Positions 58,072 to 64,000 of a DNA stretch of 64,000 nucleotides are shown here, in pieces. Positions within the stretch are counted from its first letter, which is position 1. Every line of letters begins with the position of its first letter. The position numbers and the translations under genes are program-made. This DNA comes from a virus (Duplodnaviria; Caudoviricetes). Where the stretch lies: the IMG/VR virus record IMGVR_UViG_3300043427_000994; one strand, 5' to 3'. The notes below the pieces were generated by a model, which saw nothing but the letters and a program-made list of their open reading frames with translations, ran no database searches and was not told where the DNA came from.

Positions 58072-59690
58072 TTAGCGCCAATGTATCCAAAAGGTTTCCA
58101 CGTACCTGGAGTTCCAGTCATAGTGCAGACCCAGCCAATATAACTAGTCTCCTGCGGATTGGTATTCCAAACGATGTCACCCTTAGACCATGTACCGCTA
58201 AGTGGTTCTTGATTGCTATTGATAAATTTCTTACCGTTGATTATTACCAACCCATCTACAGAAAAAGATGCTTCAGGTAATGGATTGGTTATGTTAACAG
58301 CCAATTTACCGTATGCGTTAATTACTCTATCGGTTTGATTTTGATTACCTATTTGTATGCGATCATCGGTTATTTCTAGGTCTGTATTATCCTGTCTTAC
58401 AATTTGAAAATTGTCTGCTTCAATGCCCGCACTGGATAATCTTAAATTTCCATGACCGCTGTTAATACTAATCGAATTAGAAAACTCAACTCTATTTTCT
58501 TTTATTTTTAGTGATGGAAAATCTACATCACCTGTTACTGTTAATCCTGTAAGTTCGCCAAGTGTTTTTAAACTAGAATTAACAACAGTTTCTCCTAGGC
58601 CATCGGCAGATAACACTGTCTTTCTATTAATACAATAAGTTTTATTCACTGCTAGATCGATGGCTTCACTTGAGTAAAGTCTATCTGGATTAGGCATCAT
58701 AAACAGTTGTCTATTATTGCCTTCTCCTACCCACATTAATCCTTTGCCAAAGATTGAATTATCTTTACTAGCACGGAACTCAATTGGATGTGTTCTTTCT
58801 ACTCTAGAATCGGAAACTATACTGTCAACTTCTAAAGTACCATAAATTTTTACCACAGCATTTTTGCTATTAGCATTGCCAAATTCTGTAGTTGCTCCCT
58901 TAAGAGTAATTCTTTGTGTGTTGTCAGTTACAATACTAAATGCGTTAACACTGTAAGTTCCAACAAACCCTGTACCGTCTTCGTTGGCTCCTAATACTAC
59001 TTCGGTATTATTATCAACTACACTGATGGCCGCATTAGGTTGCTCGGTGTTTATACCCAAACGCCCAAATGCTCCATTAACAAATACTGTGTCAGAGAGT
59101 GTAACATCTCCTGAAACATTTAATTTTTCTAAAGTGCCAACTGTTTTTAATCTTGAATCTCTTATAGAATTACCTAATCTTGTTTCTTCTACCACGCTAA
59201 CACCATTAATGTAGTAAGAAGAAGAACTCATTAGATCGATGCTTTCAGTTGAAAACAATCTTCTAGGTTCTGCTCTGTAAATAAACTGTCTTGTTAGGTC
59301 GCCTTCATTCCATAATAGTCCTTTACCGTCAAGTTCTTTTGGACTATCGGCAGCAAATGTAATAGACTTGCTGTAAGTTTCTATGCTTTGATCAGTTAAG
59401 ATTTTTTTAACTTGAAGAGAATCGGCTTCTAATTTACCAGTAACTTTTAAATTACTAAACTCACTTTTACCGCTGGCTACCACTCTATTTGTTAAAACAT
59501 CTCCAGAAACTGTTAAATTTCCAGAAACTCGTTCAACAGATAGTATTCCGGTTTGTACTCCGGCATCTGTGATTATTAATTGTTCTCTAGTTGCACTGTC
59601 AGTAATACCAGCAGTTTTTATAGAACCGTTGGTGTTTGCTTTCAATGCTTCAGCAAGATCTTGAAGGATTTTATCGATGTTTGAGCTCAT
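58068..59690 (-). CDS. virion structural protein with ~200-aa internal duplication
   Basis: KGL.W.....RQ.......RL.S.E.IDL.....Y.IN...V.....LG..V..S.LKT.G.L..L.V.GDV occurs twice. Confidence 0.7.
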   Translation of the reverse strand: MSSNIDKILQDLAEALKANTNGSIKTAGITDSATREQLIITDAGVQTGILSVERVSGNLTVSGDVLTNRVVASGKSEFSNLKVTGKLEADSLQVKKILTDQSIETYSKSITFAADSPKELDGKGLLWNEGDLTRQFIYRAEPRRLFSTESIDLMSSSSYYINGVSVVEETRLGNSIRDSRLKTVGTLEKLNVSGDVTLSDTVFVNGAFGRLGINTEQPNAAISVVDNNTEVVLGANEDGTGFVGTYSVNAFSIVTDNTQRITLKGATTEFGNANSKNAVVKIYGTLEVDSIVSDSRVERTHPIEFRASKDNSIFGKGLMWVGEGNNRQLFMMPNPDRLYSSEAIDLAVNKTYCINRKTVLSADGLGETVVNSSLKTLGELTGLTVTGDVDFPSLKIKENRVEFSNSISINSGHGNLRLSSAGIEADNFQIVRQDNTDLEITDDRIQIGNQNQTDRVINAYGKLAVNITNPLPEASFSVDGLVIINGKKFINSNQEPLSGTWSKGDIVWNTNPQETSYIGWVCTMTGTPGTWKPFGYIGAK

Positions 59691-59697
59691 AGTGTAG

Positions 59698-59705
59698 TAT
59701 TTATA
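59698..59705 (-). promoter_or_regulatory. T4 late promoter consensus TATAAATA
   Basis: exact match just upstream of the 59690 start. Confidence 0.65.
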
Positions 59706-59741
59706 AAAAAATTTTGAGTTAAACCTAGATAGTAAAAGGAA

Positions 59742-59748
59742 ATAAATA
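59742..59748 (+). promoter_or_regulatory. late promoter core (divergent partner)
   Basis: AATAAATAT followed by AGGA RBS and start at 59770. Confidence 0.6.
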
Positions 59749-59769
59749 TTGATATAACAGGATTACGAC

Positions 59770-62064
59770 ATGACAGCCTACTACGATTTTTTTAGAAAAA
59801 TAAGATTTTTACCAGGAACTCCAACCACTGCTACTTCTGCTGTGCTGTTAAACAGCAGTATTTCGGGAACTACTTTAACTGTGGGTACGTTACAGTCTGG
59901 TACAATCTCGGTGGGCATGACATTAACAGGTTCGGGTGTTTCTCCGGGGACCTATGTAGTTGCCCATATTTCGGGCAGTGAAAACGGCTCGACATGGGAA
60001 GTAAATCAAACTCAGACAGTTTTATCAACAACCGTAACTGGAACATTAAACGCTATACCCGTTGCTACAACTATTGAAGCAGATACAGTTACAGATACTG
60101 CCACAGTTATTGCTGGTAAAAATATTACATTCAGCGTAAAAGATACTATAGATCCGTCGGGGCTAGATGGTAATTCAGACTTCACCATAGACACTGTGGT
60201 CATCAATGGTCCTGATTATCAAACATATATTCCCCTAGGAACAACTAAACTTAGATTAGAAAAAGATCTAGGATCGGATACCAGCGATATAGAATTTATA
60301 CCAGATCCAGCAAGCTCTATAACAATTAATAGAATTTCAAGTAACGTTCTTGAGATTGGCTCAACTAGTCCGACTATTCCTTTTAGTCAAGAACAAATTC
60401 AAGATCTTGCCGCCGACCTATTGCTAAACGGCACACACGATGAAATTACAGTGACTTATCAAGATGCCGGAGAGTTTCCAAATAGTTTAATACCAGATCA
60501 AACATCTGGGTCAGGTATAGGAGCAATTTTTGATATTTGGGTTATTAACAATCAATATAATGCTAGAGTTACCACTCCTGGAAGCGGATACAACGTAGGC
60601 GAAACTGTTACATTCTTTGGTACAAATTTTCCTAGCGGTACTGCTCCTACAAATAATTTAGTTTTGAGTATTGGCAGTGTAACTGGCAGTAATGGTATAT
60701 CTACAATTAGCGTTATTTCTGGAACACCTGCTCTGGCGGATAATATTGATCTAGTAATAACATCAACACTATCGGATGTAACAGGTCGCGGCGCATCTAC
60801 TTCAGATGCTATCACTATTAGCAATGCTACTGGTTCTAGCAATACATCAACTGGTGCTTTAAAAATTACAGCAGGCGGTCTAGCAGTTTTTGAAAACGCT
60901 AACGTGGGCGGTTATGTAAAAGCCACAACATTTGAAAGTACACAGGCAACTGGTACTGCTCCGTTCACAGTGGCTAGCACTACAGCAGTGGCTAACCTAC
61001 AAGCCGCTACAGCCAGTAAATGGCACACTGCTCGAACAGTTACATTCACAGGTGATGTAACAGGATCATTTAGTATAGATGGTTCAGCAGACGTAACCAG
61101 TGTAGCACTAACAGTTGGCGCAGATAAAGTTGAACTGGGCACAGATACCACAGGCAACTATGTTGCTACAGCCAGTGTAAGTGGTAACGGACTATCGGGT
61201 AGTTCTAGCACAGAAGGTGGAACATTTACAGTCAGTTCAAATGCCACATCAGTTAACACAGGCGAAACGATTGTATTTAGAGACACTAGCGGAAACTTTA
61301 GTGCCGGTACAATCACAGCCAGTTTGACCGGCGCGGCAAGTTTAAACGTCCTACGAGCCGGTGACACTATGACTGGAAGTCTATATACTCGTGGTGCGTT
61401 TGGTATGAGATCTTCGACTATCGCCGGAAATCCGATAATGTACGATGTACAAGATCAAGCCGGAGCAACAGTATTAGAAATTGGTAGAGCAGACAATGTG
61501 GCCGCAACTACCGCTATAGATATTCATACAGGTTCTACTTCAGTAGATTATGACACCCGTCTAGAGTTTACCGGCGGTAATGGAACTACTGGCAACGGTA
61601 CAATGACTATCAGAGCAGCCTCTGTAATATTACAAAGTGCCGGAATATTCAATAGTACCGCAACACTTGGAGCCAGTACAATTGAAGCAGTTAATGTAGT
61701 AGGTAGTGCTTTAACAGGAGCAGTTACCTTAGACGTAAAAACTAATGCTATACATTATTATACAGCCAATGCTGCCGCAAATTGGACACTGAATTTCAGA
61801 GGCAACGCTTCTACTACAATGAATACTTTCTTAAGTACAGGACAGGCTGTAACAGTTGTTCTGTTAGCCACGCAAGGCGGCGCAGCCTTTTATCCAACAG
61901 CATTTACTATTGATGGAACAGCAGTAGGTGTAACAGTAGACTGGTTAGGTGGTTCAGCGCCAACAGGTGGCAACGCTTCTAGTATAGACTCATATTCATT
62001 TACAATTATTAAAACAGCCGCAAGTGTATACACTATATTAGCCAGCCAGGCTAGATTTGCCTAA
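59770..62064 (+). CDS. tail fibre-like protein
   Basis: Thr/Gly/Ser-rich beta repeats; TA.KW.TARTV..TGDVTGS..IDGS fibre motif; C-terminal tail-associated domain. Confidence 0.75.
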   Translation: MTAYYDFFRKIRFLPGTPTTATSAVLLNSSISGTTLTVGTLQSGTISVGMTLTGSGVSPGTYVVAHISGSENGSTWEVNQTQTVLSTTVTGTLNAIPVATTIEADTVTDTATVIAGKNITFSVKDTIDPSGLDGNSDFTIDTVVINGPDYQTYIPLGTTKLRLEKDLGSDTSDIEFIPDPASSITINRISSNVLEIGSTSPTIPFSQEQIQDLAADLLLNGTHDEITVTYQDAGEFPNSLIPDQTSGSGIGAIFDIWVINNQYNARVTTPGSGYNVGETVTFFGTNFPSGTAPTNNLVLSIGSVTGSNGISTISVISGTPALADNIDLVITSTLSDVTGRGASTSDAITISNATGSSNTSTGALKITAGGLAVFENANVGGYVKATTFESTQATGTAPFTVASTTAVANLQAATASKWHTARTVTFTGDVTGSFSIDGSADVTSVALTVGADKVELGTDTTGNYVATASVSGNGLSGSSSTEGGTFTVSSNATSVNTGETIVFRDTSGNFSAGTITASLTGAASLNVLRAGDTMTGSLYTRGAFGMRSSTIAGNPIMYDVQDQAGATVLEIGRADNVAATTAIDIHTGSTSVDYDTRLEFTGGNGTTGNGTMTIRAASVILQSAGIFNSTATLGASTIEAVNVVGSALTGAVTLDVKTNAIHYYTANAAANWTLNFRGNASTTMNTFLSTGQAVTVVLLATQGGAAFYPTAFTIDGTAVGVTVDWLGGSAPTGGNASSIDSYSFTIIKTAASVYTILASQARFA

Positions 62065-62073
62065 GGGATAACA

Positions 62074-64000
62074 ATGCCATTAATTAGTACATTAGGTAAT
62101 TCAGGAAGTCAGTCCTACGGTAATCGAGGCCTAATAACAGGCAGTGCGTTTTATGATTCTGTAAATGATTATCTTCAAGTGCCTGCTGGCACAGCATTTC
62201 AATACGGCACAGGAGACTTTACTATTGAAATGTGGATTTATCCCACAACAAATAATGGTCCTGCTGGCTATGGTGTTACACTATTTGTTCAACGCGGCGG
62301 CGATTATAGAACTCAGCGTTACTTATTTTTATTTTTATGGCCCACAAATCAAATATTTTTACAAGTTCCAGGTAATGATTTCTTTGTTGGTACACAGAAT
62401 ACTGTTACATTAAACGCATGGAATCACGTTGCGCTAGTTAGAAGATCGGGAAGTATGAGAATATTTTTAAATGGGTATGCTAATAACGCTAGAGCGAACA
62501 CAGCAAATTATTCAGACACTTCGTACCCGCCAGGATTTGGAAATCTAGTTTTTAATAACCAATATACATTTCAAGGAAACATTACTAATATTCGTATAGC
62601 AAAAAGTGCCTACTATACTGCAACATTTGAACCATCTAGAACTCCTTTTACACGAACAAGCCAAGGTGCTACTAATGTACAACTATTATTAAATTGCGAA
62701 ACTGCTTCTAGTCTAGCAAGAGATTCTAGTGCTAATAACATTACGGTTACTAATAGTTCAGTTACATTTAGTAATCTGTCACCGTTTAGAGTTCCATACG
62801 TATTACCGCCAACTGTAACTCCTATTTCTGCTACCGTAACTCCTTCTACATTGTCTCCGGGCGAAGGCAGTACTGTTACATTTACTGTGGCTGGAACAAA
62901 CACACCAAACGGAACTTACTACTATACTATAGAACAGGCCACTGGAGAAACAGCAATTGCAGCATCTGATTTTACTCTGGGAGCGTTAAACGGAACCTTT
63001 ACAATGACTGGTAACAGTGGATCATTTAATTTAACCATTGTCAAAGATCTGTTCACAGAAGGCACTGAAACTTTTTATGTATCAGTAAGAACAACCTCAA
63101 TCTCGGGTCAGGTTATCGGGGCCACAGACGAAATCAACATAACTGATGTATCGATAACACCAGCATTTACTGTAACACCAGCATCGATTGGCGAAGGAAG
63201 CGCAGGATCATTTACTGTGGCCAATATTGGACCAAACGGTACATACTTCTGGACTATATTAAACAGCACGTCAGTTAACGCAGACTTTAGTGCTACCAGC
63301 GGTTCATTTACCGTAAGTGGAAGTACAGGAGGTATTGATAATGGTACAGGTACATTCTCAGTAACACCAATTAAAGATCTAAGCACAGAAGGAACTGAAA
63401 CTTTCCAAGTACAAGTTCGTAGTGGTAGTACATCAGGAACAGTGATTATAACAAGCGCCAGTGTGTCAATCACTGATGTATCATTAACACCGTCAGTAAC
63501 ACCTGCCGCAGGTTCTGTGAACGAAGGTGCTTCATTATCGTTTACCGCAGTTAATCTTGGACCAAACGGCACTTACTTCTGGAGTATTAATCACGGCTCA
63601 ACAGCAGCCGCAGACTTCACTGCTGAAAATGGATCGTTTACTATTTCAGGTGGTGGCGCACAGGACAACGGCACTGGATCATTCTCTGTAACTACTGTAA
63701 ATGATTATGCTACAGAAGGTGCTCAAACATTTACAGTCAGCGTAAGAAGCGGTAGTGTTTCAGGCACAGTATTAGCAACCAGTTCAACTGTAACAGTTAA
63801 CGACACTTCAACAACGGTATCAGCCAGCGGCAGTCCAACATCATTTAATGAAGGCGCCAGCACAACCATTACTGCCAGTGCTACTGGATTCCCAAATGGA
63901 ACTTATTTCTGGACTATACTTAACGGAACAACCACTAACGCAGACTTCACAGCCTCTAGTGGATCGTTTACTGTTAGCAACGGCACATCGGGCGCATTTA
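62074..64000 (+). CDS. LamG/ConA-like lectin + ~110-aa Calx-beta/Ig-like repeats, tail adhesin (runs off window end)
   Basis: manual translation MPLISTLG...GDFTIEMWIYP...WNHVALVR.SG.MRIFLNG; repeats at 62863, 63193, 63523 and 63850; no stop before window end. Confidence 0.8.
   Translation, partial: MPLISTLGNSGSQSYGNRGLITGSAFYDSVNDYLQVPAGTAFQYGTGDFTIEMWIYPTTNNGPAGYGVTLFVQRGGDYRTQRYLFLFLWPTNQIFLQVPGNDFFVGTQNTVTLNAWNHVALVRRSGSMRIFLNGYANNARANTANYSDTSYPPGFGNLVFNNQYTFQGNITNIRIAKSAYYTATFEPSRTPFTRTSQGATNVQLLLNCETASSLARDSSANNITVTNSSVTFSNLSPFRVPYVLPPTVTPISATVTPSTLSPGEGSTVTFTVAGTNTPNGTYYYTIEQATGETAIAASDFTLGALNGTFTMTGNSGSFNLTIVKDLFTEGTETFYVSVRTTSISGQVIGATDEINITDVSITPAFTVTPASIGEGSAGSFTVANIGPNGTYFWTILNSTSVNADFSATSGSFTVSGSTGGIDNGTGTFSVTPIKDLSTEGTETFQVQVRSGSTSGTVIITSASVSITDVSLTPSVTPAAGSVNEGASLSFTAVNLGPNGTYFWSINHGSTAAADFTAENGSFTISGGGAQDNGTGSFSVTTVNDYATEGAQTFTVSVRSGSVSGTVLATSSTVTVNDTSTTVSASGSPTSFNEGASTTITASATGFPNGTYFWTILNGTTTNADFTASSGSFTVSNGTSGAF

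Noticed and set aside
170-63572. Many antisense or nested ORFs in the supplied track (e.g. 1705-2109+, 14592-14990+, 18665-19243+, 44674-45372+, 63108-63572-)
   Set aside because: They lie opposite or within well-supported genes, lack RBS and motifs, and reflect the codon bias of the real strand
1-64000. Stop-codon recoding (TAG/TGA reassignment), as found in some large phages
   Set aside because: Conserved enzymes (PolB, ClpA, UvsE, FolE) are full length in code 11, and TGA/TAA act as coupled stops
1-64000. tRNA genes, CRISPR arrays, introns, inteins, homing endonucleases, transposases
   Set aside because: No T-loop GTTCRA cloverleaf or repeat-spacer array recognised by eye; all tandem repeats are in-frame coding linkers; PolB and ClpA have normal lengths
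1-64000. Apparently abundant GATC and other palindromic sites as evidence of modification-based restriction resistance
   Set aside because: Needs a Markov-expected k-mer calculation that I cannot run; visual impression only

Overview
A 64-kb segment of an AT-rich, large lytic dsDNA phage. The gene content is T4-like/jumbo-myovirus style, which is an inference because no capsid or terminase gene lies in the window. A Gram-negative host is inferred from the spanins, GH19 endolysin, sigma70 promoters and GGAG RBSs. Nearly all genes up to ~55.4 kb are on the minus strand and read cleanly in genetic code 11. Blocks in window order: (1) 1-8.6 kb, a 7-deazaguanine-type modification cluster: folE, HIT hydrolase, phosphoribosyltransferase, cupin, GT-B glycosyltransferase, QueD-like T-fold protein with LxxxHRHxF, an unknown, and a TGT/DpdA-like transglycosylase. 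An atypical queD sits far away at 57 kb. (2) 8.6-12.7 kb, sliding clamp, family B DNA polymerase and a DsbA-like protein. (3) 12.8-27.5 kb, an array of late proteins, many with N-terminal leaders ending in (I/L)xE or FE like T4 internal head proteins. It includes peptidoglycan-binding/M23 proteins, Dps, and a four-gene HAD phosphatase / HxGH nucleotidyltransferase / KxDG ligase-like / Pol-beta nucleotidyltransferase module. A structured intergenic RNA candidate lies at ~15.2-15.4 kb. (4) 27.5-35 kb, dnaJ-def-clpA operon and lysis cassette. (5) 35-40.5 kb, phoH, dCMP deaminase, ferredoxin, clamp loader, TagD-like cytidylyltransferase, cupin, MazG-like protein, GroES and a stand-alone DnaE fragment. 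(6) 40.5-64 kb, baseplate/tail/fibre genes including a ~3090-aa repeat protein, interrupted by a uvsE-queD island. No tRNA, CRISPR array, intron, intein or transposase was recognised. Family assignments come from motifs read by eye, not from database searches. Best leads: a possibly glycosylated 7-deazaguanine DNA modification, and a possibly virion-packaged RNA-repair module.
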